Assembly: GCF_006345805.1 (NCBI RefSeq) | Contig: NC_042998.1 | Coordinates: 61,938,001-62,002,000 of the forward strand | Length of the DNA: 64,000 nt | Direction of reading: 5' to 3' | From: Octopus sinensis | Taxonomy: Eukaryota | Shown here: piece after piece, positions 38,901-52,760 of the stretch | Layout of the letters: the number at the start of each line of letters is the position of its first letter | Numbering within the stretch: the stretch's first letter is position 1 | Notes under the pieces: generated by a model | Seen by the model: only the letters and a program-made list of their open reading frames with translations | What the model was told of the DNA's origin: nothing | Databases searched by the model: none | Program-made: the position numbers and the translations under genes

Positions 38901-40397
38901 AGATATGATAGTGATGACGATTATAACTATACGAGACAAGAAGTCTGACAGTTATAACTAATTAGTTACATCGCACATTATCAGTTCACTCCTGGAAGAG
39001 ATGGGAGTATAAAGGAGGTTTGTTTGTTTGGAAACATAGTAAAACAATAAAAAAAATTGTCATCAAAGTGTTTAACTTACTCGCTTTCACTGGAATTTGA
39101 ACTCATTTTGTGTTTTTTATTATCGTTGCGCTTTTTGAAGGACTTCAATGAAATGTGGGTCACCATAAACCAATAGAGTGAGAAACCTGCTATTTGTGTG
39201 CGTTGTTCTTAATGTTAGGGCGGGTATCTTTCGTTTTTCTTCTCACAGATTTCACTGAGTTTCAAATGCATACTTCTAGGTTTAGGGCGATGTGTAATAT
39301 ATGCCTTTAGTAGTTTTCAGTAGTAGTTCTGACTTGATAGAGGGCAGAGCTAAAGCCGATTGGCTCCGACACGGAGACAGGTTCATACTATATGTATATA
39401 GAAACCCACGATGCATACCTGTGTAGTCGAGCCAAACGGACAAGCAAATAGTTGAAAAGATTGCTGAAATATGATCCGAAGTTGACAGCTCGACAATGAA
39501 TCTCAAGTGACTGGACTACTTGATGTTTTAAAGGACTATAAATAAACGAGAAAGCCAACCGACAGAAACAATGTTAAAACAGTAGCGAACTATTATCTTT
39601 ACATTGCTCAGTGACAAACCAACGAATGATCTGGAGATAACAGAGGCACAAAAAGCAAAACAGAACCTACAGTATGAATAATGTAGCATTAGTGTTGGAC
39701 TGCAGGCATAGCAGTCCCACCGGGGTCTGTTTTGCCTTCCATCTTTCCAGGGGAGGGGGCTAGCTAAGTAAGTACCAGTAATACTACTATTCGGTTCAGT
39801 TCGCTAGCTTTGTGGCTAATTACAAGGAAAATTTAATTTCATAAAAACATTTTTACTAAGTCATACAGAGATAGATAAATAGAAAGAAAGGAAGACAATG
39901 TAAGTGTACTGTAATTAGCATTTGTAAAAGTTGTGGAACTACTTAAAAACTACTCCATGTAAAGATGTGGCTATAGATAAATGTGCGCTCGCGCCTATGT
40001 GCTTGTGTGTCTGTGTGTATGTAAAGTCAGTAGAGAGGAAGCTACTAATACAAAAATAGCAGTCTGCATTTGTTAGAGTTAAGTAGCCGGTAAGCTAGGT
40101 TTTTAGATGATTCATCATTGCCCTTCTTTCCATGGTTAGTGTGTCCATCAAATACCACAAGACCTGTACATTAAACAATAGCTTAAAGAGAAGCTTATAT
40201 TTTTGCCTTCTATTTTCTTTCTGTATAATCATTCCCAACAATACTTCTAGAGATTTTCCATTCCGCAACATTCGAAGGGGCTCATATCTTAAAATCCCTT
40301 ACAGTTCACAATTCCCCCGGATTTTTAATTTCAATGCCAGGATCTTTTTTCTGTATGAATATTTATCTACTACAAAATGAAACTTAGCTTCCCGTAG

Positions 40398-40456
<59 letters not shown>

Positions 40457-40472
40457 TAGAATATATATATAT

Positions 40473-40534
<62 letters not shown>

Positions 40535-42075
40535 ATATAAAAAAAGTAGAAAGAATAGCCAAAACTCTTTGACTGCTATTTCTAAATTCGGTGTGTGGTG
40601 AGGCAAATCGTTGCTAAACCCTTAATTACTTAGTATATATGTATATATATATATATAAGCACATACACACACACAAACACATGTATTTATGTATGTAATA
40701 GTGCATTGTATATTACAAACGGTCTCCTTTTCCGCATCATGCAACAGAGAAGACACGCATAATTGAACATTTCTGAATAAACAATGTGATGCGTGAACGC
40801 GCGCGCGCGCACACACCTACAATCGAATCCAGGTTCGAAAGTTCGTTTTGCAGTTACGGGGTGTGTAAAGCTAATTTCCGGCATTATCTCATATACACTA
40901 TGTCCCACTGATTCGGCATACATATCATTAAGGTTACATGTATCTGGAATATGCAGCCGTATACAAAGTACTTACATGTTCCTCATCGAAACCGACGGAG
41001 GATGCATTGCATTTTTTTGTCTCTTTTTTTTTTTTTTTAATTATTATTTTATTGAATCTCAATCTACGATGCTTAAAACACATCGGGATATTTCAACCGG
41101 TTTTGGCGCACTAACTTCCGACAACAGACACATATACAAACATATACACATACAAACACATACACACGATTCGTTACATGCGCAGCCAAGAATTTTTTTC
41201 AGATTACCTTTTCATAAAATACAAATTACGATTCTCAAAAGGACCTTTTTTTTTTGTTTGTTTTCAAACAATTTCTATTGTTTAATATCTCCACTCACCC
41301 CATTATTTGGGTCCCTTTTCCTTCCCCATGAATTATTGAGAGATATTTTGAAAACTGCCAAAATGTTTTTTTACATGCATCCATTCACACCCCGATTTTG
41401 TTTATCAACAGCAGACATTGCGTCCATAAGTAATCCCCCATCCACCAAATCGGTAAATGAAGTTTCGCTATCACTATTTTTACGGCAATTTGTTTTAAAT
41501 CAGTGGCCCCAAAAATGACAAGTAGCAGGCCCAGACACACACACACACACAAAAGAAAAATAATTGTAAAATTATTTGCTCTCTTCCCTCGTAAATACCG
41601 ATACTTTGCCTCTGTACAGTTCTTCTTCGCCGTGGTATCGGACAAGTCTAAAAAGTTTTAAACTATTTCAATTTTATTAAAATTGGCAATTTATTAGCTC
41701 CATTCCCCGCCTTCAATTCTCATAGCACCACCATCGAAGAGGACAAGGGTTCGCCTCCATGAGAAACACTGCTTTAAGCCAAACACCCAAAGGTCAGTGG
41801 CCCTTTTATCAAAATTACGCTCGGCAGTTCCAATCAATTTTAGTACACTTTAAACAAATAAAACTAAATTTGCTGTGTAAAGAAAACCAGTAGTTTGGAA
41901 AGGCTTCTTCCCATAATCAACATTTGTCATGGAAAAGTATGTTTGTGCATGTGTTTCTCCACATAAACACATTCACTAGAACTGTTTCCACACACACACA
42001 CACACACACTATACGCCCGCGAACCATTTTAATAAAAGGAAAATAAAGTCCCTTTCAATGTCTGAATATTTTGTA

Positions 42076-42290
42076 AGGCGGTGAACTGGCAGAAATGTTA
42101 GCAGGCCGGGCGAAATGCTTAGCAGTATTTCGTCTGTCTTTACGTTCTGAGTTCAAATTCCGCCGCGGTCAACTTTGCCGTTCATCCTTTCAGAGTCGAT
42201 AAATTAAGTACTAGTTGCGTACTGGAGTCGATCTAACCGACTGGCCGCCCAAAGTTTCGGGTCTTGTGCCTAGAGTAGAAAAGAATATCT
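42076..42290 (+). mobile_element. tRNA-derived SINE, CpG-intact copy
   Basis: Same family as the 13-15 kb copies; 15 CpG counted in about 215 bp. Confidence 0.9.
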
Positions 42291-44101
42291 GAATATTTGG
42301 TCACGTAAAACAAAACTAAATCTGATCACTTTGTACAGAGTTCTCAAAGTTGTTTCATTTAAGAACGCCTATATTGTATATTGTTGTAAAAGTGATATAA
42401 CAACGCTTATTTGATATTTCAACAATTTCCTTATCATCCCAGGTGACCAAATACTCACTGACTGTCACATTGGTACCATTTTGTCGCATACAAAACAATA
42501 TGTCAAAAGGAACGTAAGGAGTTTGAAAGTGTGGTCGCAAAAGATAAGCAGATTCGTTAGAGCTTGCTTTGCAGCATTAAGTTGCGGCCCTTTACATTAT
42601 ACTTTCAAACCAGCTTTTCCTTTCATCCCTTCCAGATCGATAAAGTAAAATGTTTTGTTTTTTTTGTTTCCCTTTTGTTAAATCTTAATCATCATTGCTG
42701 AAAACGTGGGAATTCGAAGAAATTTTAGAAAAGGAGGTCGGGGTGCTTATTCGATATATCTAATTGGACATTGCCAAACAGTGTTCCTATTTCCAATTTC
42801 TGATCCAGTTTATTGCAATCCTATGAAGTATCCAAGATACGCATCTTTGAATGGACTGAAGGGAGACAATAATGTCATGACTTAGTTTGAAATGATGTGC
42901 AGCCACAGTTATGTCCGGATGAGCAGACCTACGGTCAAAGGCAATCAAGACGGGAGCAACCCCTCTTTGGGAGGATTATGAGATTGTCAAATGCGCCTGA
43001 CCTTTCTTTAGCGCGTTTTTTAAAAGTAGGGAGGGGTGATTTCAGAGAGACGTGGTTGCTATTTCAAGCAGGTCGAATGACAAAAGGCTTTTACAATTGT
43101 TTTACAACAGACTCACACACTCTCGTTAAGTGTGTGTGTAGATAGATAGATAGATAGATACATACATACATACATACATACATACATACATACATGCATA
43201 CACAGTGTTCTCTATTTCGCCCATTTTTCTAATTTATGTCAAATGTTAGATAGATATTCATACTGGATTGTAATACTGGAATAAGCAAATGTTTCAAGAA
43301 GACAGCTTGGATTTTACCTTACCTATAATATATACACAGTAAATCCCAAAAAGAACATACACACACACACAAAAAAAAAAACAACAACGCGAGTACTTGG
43401 TACATGTAATACATTAGCAGACGCTCACACACACACACATATATATATATATGTAATACAAAATGGGACAAGAACGCAAAACATCCAGATAGACGATACA
43501 AAGAAAACAAGGACGGGTCATTCGGAGTTTTCTTTCCTCTGTCGAGTTCCAGATTATCTTTGCATATATATATAAGGTTAGTTGAGTTAGAAGTTAAAAT
43601 AGCCGTCTAAGGGATATAAGTATCCATTACACTACCGGTATATTACCTATGTTTAAGCATAGGCATACATATTGAAACATTATGTTCATAAGTTATAGGT
43701 AAAGACAAAGAAAAACACGAGTTTATCAAGAATCAAAATTTAAAGAAAACAGAAAAATGTATATACATAGGAAGTGAGAGAGATTGTGTGTGTGTGTGAA
43801 AGAGGCTTGCGTGCTGTGGTTTAAAACAAAACTTGGGAACACAGACACAATTTTGGGGTGTGTTACCCGTAAACAAAAAATAATAATAATAAATGTAGAT
43901 TTGTTAGAATGATGAAAAATAAAACAAAGACATACAAAATTTTACCAAATCTAAAGCTATCGTTTTTCATAACAGAAGTGTTTTGTCGCTCTTGTCTTCG
44001 TCTGTTATAATTTCAAGTGTTTACATCCTACGCAACAATTCATATTATATATATAAGACAGACAGACAAACAAGCAGACGGGCGGAGAAAGAAAGGCAGA
44101 A

Positions 44102-44152
<51 letters not shown>

Positions 44153-44332
44153 ACACACACACCACACACATTCAGATACATAGATAGACAGAGAAAGTGG
44201 TGAGGGCGAAAAAAAGGATTGGTCAATGGAGTTCGGAACAACTGTAACTATTTTGTTAGAAGCAACAAGTGTGTGTGAGTATATTTGTATGTGTATACTC
44301 TCTCTCTCTCTCTCTCTCTCTCTACATATATA

Positions 44333-44382
<50 letters not shown>

Positions 44383-44418
44383 CGTACATATATGTATGCA
44401 TATATTTTATTATTACAC

Positions 44419-44456
<38 letters not shown>

Positions 44457-44472
44457 ATATACATAATGTGTG

Positions 44473-44512
<40 letters not shown>

Positions 44513-44551
44513 TGTGTGTGTGGCGTATGTATGTAATATTATATGTGTATG

Positions 44552-44599
<48 letters not shown>

Positions 44600-45700
44600 C
44601 ATATTATATTACTTGTGTTTGTGCATGGTTTCACAAAGTGAGTCACACCAATTAATATTACGAATTCAGTGACATCGCAAAGGGGAATTCCATGCAACTT
44701 TAACAACTTATAGATTAAATGACAGAAAAACAACAGAAAGATGTGTGCGCGCGCGTACGTGAAAGAGAGATTTTAGTTTAATTACAATAAAAGTTGGGTT
44801 TGAATTATTTATAATAATAAAATTAGTAATTGAAAAAGTTATGCCTTATATTTCAATCTAACTATACACACACATATATATATTTCCCTCCTTAATATGA
44901 TTGTACATTCTATTTAAAATTACAATTATTGGTATTCCAAAAATCTTGTGTGTAAGGTCATGTTTTCTTTCTTTTTTCTTATTATATCTCCAAAAATATA
45001 ACGGACTTCGTTTGTAAAAACAAATATAATATTATTGGATAACATACAAAAAAGAAATTGCTTAAATAAATTACAAAATATATTTAAGTCATATACAAAC
45101 ACATAGGACTCCGTTACGTGGTCGCTCAAATGATACAAATTGAAGCCAAATTTTCATCAACTCACACACTCATAGTCTTAAAAAAATAATGGACACATTG
45201 GATAAAGTAGTCCATGATATACAAACAGACCCAAAAGGTCTAAGCTTTGATTCCTACTTCTATATAATTAGCACTAACATGAAGTTATACAATCCCTAAA
45301 GGAACCTTTATTGGCTAGAAATAGCAGCCAAAGCTCGATCAAATCACTACCTACTGCCTTTGCAAAGAAAAGGTACGTAAGTGAAAAGACGGATGGGCAC
45401 AGAATCCTGAAATTATAACTATGTTGTTCCAGTCAGTGATGAATTTTCTACATTAGTGATTCTCAACTGTCACTTACCCTCTCAGTTTTACCATTTTCTC
45501 CTTTGTTCTCAAGTAAAATTATACACAGGTTATATAAAAGCCTGTTACCAACAAAGTACTACCTTTAAGATAGCCAGTTAACACTTATTGTTTATATGTC
45601 TATCCATCCGACCATCGATTTATTTATACATCCATCTCTCTCACACACACCCTCTCTCTAATATACGCAGTCACACACACACACACTCTCTCTCTCTCTC

Positions 45701-45735
<35 letters not shown>

Positions 45736-47024
45736 GCAGATATAAAATGTGTGTAAGTATGCTTTCATTTAATGCACAATACTTTTAATCTGGCGTCTTA
45801 TGTTTCCTCTAACACAAGACACACTCCTGACCTACACCTATTCATGATATATGAAGCGGTCAATAACATAATCGTGTAACTAAATGTACTCCAGTGAGAC
45901 TCGTATTGCCGCACTTACAGGTTTAGCAACAATAATGCGTGACCCCCGCCACACACACACATACACGCAAATATATCAATGTACACACGCACACACACAT
46001 ATATATATATATATATACATATATACTGGAGACTGAATCGCGTAGTCGTTAAAAATGCTAGAAAAAGCAGGCAAAATATTCCTCAAATTACGTGCAGGTA
46101 TCTTTAAAAAGGGAAAGAATGCAATAAATAAAACGTTCCTAGATACGCAATCTAAAAAGTGAATAAATAAATGGCAACCAATAACGAAAGATTATCGTTA
46201 GATTGGAAAGGTGTAGATCACAGATGTAATCGATCAGTTGACCTAGGGCTAATAGCAACAACAACGGCAACAACCCCAACTGAATAACATGATGTAATCA
46301 GTTTCGCAGTAAATACCTGCAGCCAGTAAACACGACTGTAGCAAGTGTAAACGAGTTTGTTGCCAAGGCAACCGTTTACCAAAACAAATTTTCATGCCAA
46401 GCCGTTGTACGCTGTACAGGTGTTCGACCCAGACAAATTGCCTTGTCCTTGAAAGTGACGAGCTTTTTACCGTTCCCTCCTTAAATTGTTCCACTTCATT
46501 CATGTCACTAATGTCTAAGACGTTTTCCATAACAATCGTAACATCCTATTGGAGACAGATTCCCTGCTATATTCACTTCTAGAGTGCATAATATGAATAT
46601 TAAATCTCCAACAGCACTTGACTCGTTGAACTTTATGTTATTTCCCTCTCCATGGAACCGGGCAGGTTGGAAGATAAAATTGATTGCGTCTAGATTTGAA
46701 CTCAGAATATAAAAAGCTGTGGTTACAGTTCTAAGTGCTGCTGTTGTTTAACTCCAGCTCTACCCAGATCAAGCAGACGTTTGAATAAAGGTTTTTCAGT
46801 TGTGACCATTTTTTTTCTTTTAATTTAGTATTACATACGTACGTACATACATACATAAATGTACACATACATCTATACTATAATAATGTGTATCTATGTG
46901 TTTAAATATGTATATATGCATATCATATATACATACATATATATATATATATAACATGCATGTGTATTTATATATATGTGTGTGTGTGTGTGAAAATATA
47001 GTGTGTGTGTATATATATATGTGT

Positions 47025-47063
<39 letters not shown>

Positions 47064-48087
47064 TATGTGTTAGTATATATATATGATATATAATGTGTAT
47101 ATATATATATATAGTGTATGTATGTATATATAGGTGTGTATAGTGTATGTGTGTGTATATACAAATATATATATATACACACATACTTCACGATATATAT
47201 GTGTGTGGGTGTGTGTAATATGTAGGTGTGTATACACGTGAATGTATTGACATAACAATTGCACCTAGAAGTGTGTGTATGATTTATTTATAGCTCTATA
47301 GTATTACTTAGTGAGGAAGTGGGTATATAAATCAATAAAATTGTGTGAACAATAATGTGTACACAACTTACGTTATCAAGCCATATAGACATTGACAAGA
47401 TGTCACAAAGATGGCGCCAAAAAAAGTTTGAAAAGCCACTTTTAAAACGATGTTTGTTGTTGTTGTTGTTACGGTTTAGGTAAAAGGTCGGCGTTGATTG
47501 ACAGAGCCCACGATCAAAGGTTTTTTCTTACAACGACTGTACAATCTTATTTTCAGGAATAGTATTTCTAGGAATACATTATTCAGCATGTCGTTTTTAT
47601 TTGAAAGAACATCAAGTGATTTGCTGTTATTTCTGGTAGGTAAAGACGATTGTGTTGTGGTTTCCTCTTTGTTTACATCGTAACGACGGAGGTTTCATCG
47701 ATGCCAAATTTTATGAGAAGGTTGTTGAACTTAGCACACACATAAACACGCTCTCTCTCTTTCTGCTTCCATCTCTCTCTCTCTCTCTCTCCTCTCTCTC
47801 TCATTTAAACACATAATCACGTTTTCTTCTAAATATCTAACATTCTTAATTATTTGGTGAAAATCCTACCGCTCATTTTCTCTGACATTATGTTTGTATA
47901 TTTAGGCCAGCAACCTTCAACGAATACTCTGTCCCTTCAACGTCCTATATATGTGCCCTCTTGCCACCTTTAATGGCCTGTGCTTCCACTTTCAATTTAA
48001 CTGTCTTCACTTCTTCAAGCACCCAAAACCATCGCTCAAAAATGTGTATCTTCTTCGCCAGTGTCATCTGATAGGTTTTCTGGGGAC

Positions 48088-48270
48088 CTCGCTGGCAGAA
48101 ACGTTAGCACGCCGAGTGCTAACGTTCAAATTCTGCTGAGGTCGACGTTGCCTTTCATCCTTTCGGGGTCGATAACTTAAGTACCAGTTGCGTACAAGGG
48201 TAGTTCTAATCTACTGGCACCTTCCCCCAAAATTTCGGGCCTTGTGCCTAGAGTAGAAAAGAAAAGAAAA
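48088..48270 (+). mobile_element. tRNA-derived SINE (internally deleted)
   Basis: gctggcagaaacgttagcacgcc...tttcgggccttgtgcctagagtagaaaag. Confidence 0.85.
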
Positions 48271-49186
48271 AAAGGTATTCTGGGGACCTCGCTAGTCAGT
48301 GGGTTGAGTGTAATGATTTGCTCAGGTGCCTATAATGTTGCTAAGACAGCCCTGCGCTTCGCTCTTTCAGTACTTCGATTAGTCATAAAATGTGCAACTT
48401 TTTCGATCCTTTCAGCGCCCTTGACCAACCTATAATATAATCCCCGGATAAAATCTGACGAGAGGTACTAAAACTGAAAAAGGAAAACACAATCCTGACC
48501 CAAATTTAGTCTTTGCTCTGCTTTGAGTTCAACAAATATGAAACATATATATGCCAAAAATGATCAAATATGATTATATCATAACAGGCGAATTATATTA
48601 AAGTAGTCTGGCAGGTTGACGGTCCAAATTCTGACCATACAAGGAAAAAAATATTGATCCTGAAATTTTCTGTTCACATTCAGCCACACCCAGATAATAT
48701 AACAGGTTAACAGTATTATACAAGCCTCGTCTTCTCCACCCCAGTCATTCTCTGTTTTGGGAATTACCTCGCCCATTTCATTCCCTTGTCTAACCTTACA
48801 TGTTTTTACGCAGATAAAGAAATTTTATCTAAGTTACTATTCCTTTATTTTTATTTCTTTTACAGAATTTACGTGACATTTTCTCTCATCTCGAGATTTT
48901 AGCTTTCCAGGGCGATTCACAGAGGTTCTTGACCTTTTTTTCTTTTCTTTTTTTTTTATTATAGATCCGTTTGATTCCTACTTCATTCGGGTGGACCCAC
49001 ATCGTCAATCAATATTTAAAAAATCCTATTATTATATTTTTTATCATGAAATGTTATTAAGAATTGTATGAAAGGAATAAAGATATTTCGTGTAATACAG
49101 AAGTATAACCAATTTATTTCAAATAATTTTTAACGAACCCGTAATGGACCCATAAGGGTCTAACATTAGGTTTCTCTTAAAGAGTA

Positions 49187-49350
49187 TCGGCGAAGGTAAA
49201 GAACACACATAACCGGTGTTTAGGGTTAAGGTTAGGGTTCAGGGTTAGGGCTTAGGGTTAGGGTTTAGGGTTAGGGTTTAAGGTTAGGTTAGAGTTAGGG
49301 TTTTTGTTACGCCAAAAACGGGTGGTATGCGTATTCTTTACCTCTGCCAA
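49187..49350. mobile_element. MITE-like element enclosing degenerate (TTAGGG)n
   Basis: Imperfect inverted termini tcggcgaaggtaaagaacac / gtattctttacctctgccaa with TA flanks. Telomere-like repeats at 49220-49300. Confidence 0.6.
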
Positions 49351-49790
49351 TATATTCTAGGTGTCTTTGTGGGGACAGAGGAAAAGGTGAGGGCAAATAA
49401 AAATTAAGATGGTTTTAAATATTTCAAACTTCAACGACACCATTTGCACAGATAGAACAATTTTGAATAGATGTAAACTTTATTTTATCTTCTCACTAAT
49501 AAAAAAAAGTGGGTGAATGGACCGGACATTAACGTTTTTGTAGGGGAAGACTCGTATTTGTCAGGTTCATACCTACAAATCAATGGGTGTGTGTGGAAAG
49601 AGCCTTTTTAGGTACAAGAGGTCAAGCTCTGCAAGGAGCAGAAAGCAATCGCGTATGTATATATGTGAGTGTTTATGTATACACTCGTTATACATACACT
49701 CACTGACATATATGTATATATGTTCACAATTATATATAGCAAAAACAATTACATAAACATTGGAGATAATATAATATATATATTATATAT

Positions 49791-49822
<32 letters not shown>

Positions 49823-49936
49823 ATATCGATACATGTACATATTTTATACATCCTTCCATAATCGTCTCTGACTATGACCATACATACATACACACATGTA
49901 TGTATGTATGTATGTACACACTCAATTCCACGTATT

Positions 49937-50043
<107 letters not shown>

Positions 50044-50101
50044 CTATATATACATATATATATAATATACATATATATATATAATACATATATATATATA
50101 C

Positions 50102-50160
<59 letters not shown>

Positions 50161-50193
50161 ATATATAATATATAGTACGTATACATACATACA

Positions 50194-50225
<32 letters not shown>

Positions 50226-52245
50226 CACACACAGGGAGTAACCAAAGAATATTTATACAAACTTAAAATATGTCAGTCTAAAGTTTCATTCTAAGAACAC
50301 CATATCGCCACTGGCACCAACAATATTTGGAACACTAAATTTACCCACAGAGGAAATCATGTATTTTTACATTAAATCTCTCAAAATCTCTTAACATCAA
50401 CTAGCACACACGAAATAATAAGTTGGACAACTTTTCTTCTTTCTCGGAAAGAAAATTGTAGAAGAGATCTCAGATCAATGCAGTTAATTTTTTCAGGTTA
50501 AGATGTATGGCTTCTTCAGAGAAAAATATTTTAAACAACAGTATCAGAAACACATTACCTGTATTAGCAGCTCAAGAATAAGCCAAGCAACATCCTGCAA
50601 GTTGGAAGGCGAACTTTTTAAGAAATGCTTGGTGCCTGATATTGTACAATGTGACAATAGAATCAGTGAATAGATCCACCTTAAATTGAGAGACATGTAG
50701 GTGTAACACTTTTCAATAAGTCCTGAGTGCTTGGTACTGTACTATGTGACACCAGAATGGCTGGTTAGATCCACATTAACAGAGATATATAGAGGAGTAA
50801 TATTCTGCATACCAAGTTGTGCTGTGTATACTCTTACATGTTAAATTTGAGAACGATACCAGCATGAGCTAAACACATGTCTTGGTTACATTGCCATATA
50901 TTTAGACGCCCCACCATTCCACCAGACGCTTCGAAAATACTGACTATGTCTGCAGAAAACATCAGGCATATAATGAGTAGTTGCTTAAGAAGTGTCTTCA
51001 AAGTATTACCTTTATATGTAGCATAATGTTATTGCTGAAACAGATGTATAATGTCATCCGCAGTAAGGACTGTCCTGGAGTGAATGTATAAGACAAAAAA
51101 AAAAAAAAAAAAAACACGTCGTCTGCAGTGCCAAAAAATGACTGAAGCAGACGATCGTTACTTGTCTTCTAAAGTCCGTTTATTTTCCGTTTAACACAAT
51201 TAGTTTTATTATTGTGAGATACCATCATTAAATAATTAAAAGGAAAAATGTTTACAAACATTTATTTAAAAAAAAATAGAAATGGAATGAATGGCGGCGG
51301 TTTTGAAAACTGCTTACATTTCCTTAGAATTCGACGAAATATGTGCAAGAGTTTCTGTATATCAACATATCTATAATTAATATCATATACATGCAACATG
51401 TTCATGTGTATCGTGCTTGTAAATCATATCGATTACATATATTAAAGACAAGTGGATGTTATGATCCAACAAGGTATCTGCTGGAAATGGCAGCCAAATT
51501 TCCTCGTATTACACTTTATTTTTTCTCATTAAAAAAACAAAAACATTTAATCCATAAAATCTATACTGGGGGTTTCCTCTTTTTGCCAAACCCCTATGTT
51601 ACAGCAACATAAACTTAAACGAAGAGAAACAAACACAAGAACACGCGCATATACAAATATATATATGTGTGTGTATGTATATATATGCGCACACATATAT
51701 ACATGCATATATTGATAGATAGATAGATAGATAGATACATACATACATACATACATACATACATACATAAAATGCAACATTTAGTTTGTGGACATCCTTG
51801 GGTGTGAACATTTATTTAGCAGCAGGTTAACTACTGGTCAAACACTTATAATTCCAGTCGTGAAAGTTTTGTTTTCAATGACATTGTTTCCCTGACCATA
51901 TTACGCAACATATACTTCTTTTTCAAAATAGTAAAGAGTAATCTGAGGGAGATTTAGCTGACATTTCTGTCAGTCCGAGTCACACTTAGACGCTCCGTTG
52001 TTGACATCCATTTATTTGTAGCACACATAATAGACATGAGTTACAGAAGAAGTACACATAAACATGTTACATGTGTGATATTTATTATGGATACATTTAT
52101 GTATAGAAACGCTTGCATATATTTCGTCGAAATAACTGGAAAGTGTTGTTAAACAGTTTTCAAAATCGCTGCCATTCATTGTTTGTCTTAATTTCCGTTA
52201 TAATAATTTATTAATTTCGGCAACTAAAGCAAACGACACCTAGAA

Positions 52246-52760
52246 ATAGACGGTAGCTACATAGAAAATGGTTGTTTCACAGCATACGATAGATACACAG
52301 TACACGATAATAGTTTATCAGGTGATAACTATACAGAAGACAATAGCTACACAGAAGACAATAACTCCACAGCAGACGATAATTCCACAACAGACAATTG
52401 TTACAGAACAGACGATAGTTACACAGATGACAGTAACTATAAGTTAGAGACTCTCAATCGGGGTCCAAAGTTTGCTCTAGGCATATTTATTGCAAGAAAC
52501 AGCTTGCTAGGTTGCTTTTTCTGATGTTTTACATAGTTCAACATGTTCTCTTAGTGCCATTGCACTTACACAAGTAAATGAGGGAAAAACCCAAATAGGA
52601 AAGAAGTATCAATAAACATAGAATGGCTGACATAGTAATCAAAGGGATCCATTATTAAAAAAATGGTTGAAAACCACTGCGTTAGACAATAATACACAAC
52701 AGACAATAACTACTCGTAGACGTAAGTCATAATGCAGCCGATAGTTACGCGATAGACACA
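52246..52760. repeat. Degenerate 18-bp minisatellite (consensus about GACRATAGYTACACAGMA)
   Basis: About 11 units at 52246-52443, more after 52680. Confidence 0.75.
52445..52679. mobile_element. Degenerate hAT-like MITE interrupting an 18-bp minisatellite
   Basis: Right end GGTTGAAAACCACTG, left end a decayed counterpart. The repeat resumes after it. Confidence 0.5.

Noticed and set aside
39361-39480. KQIVEKIAEI peptide reminiscent of a Bcl-2-family helix
   Set aside because: Flanked by stops, on the opposite strand to the gene, and without splice sites; likely chance.
40793-41518. 241-aa plus-strand ORF
   Set aside because: Begins in a (CG)n/(CA)n tract and crosses poly-T runs. It is Phe/Ile-biased as expected for AT-rich non-coding DNA and has no domain.
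49220-49300. True telomere or chromosome-fusion site
   Set aside because: Short, degenerate, in a single orientation and enclosed by inverted termini.
50560-51000. Possible ancient RTE-like RT fragment on the minus strand
   Set aside because: Only faint motif echoes (RVYTA, LLLY, LRW) with many stops; too weak to list as a feature.
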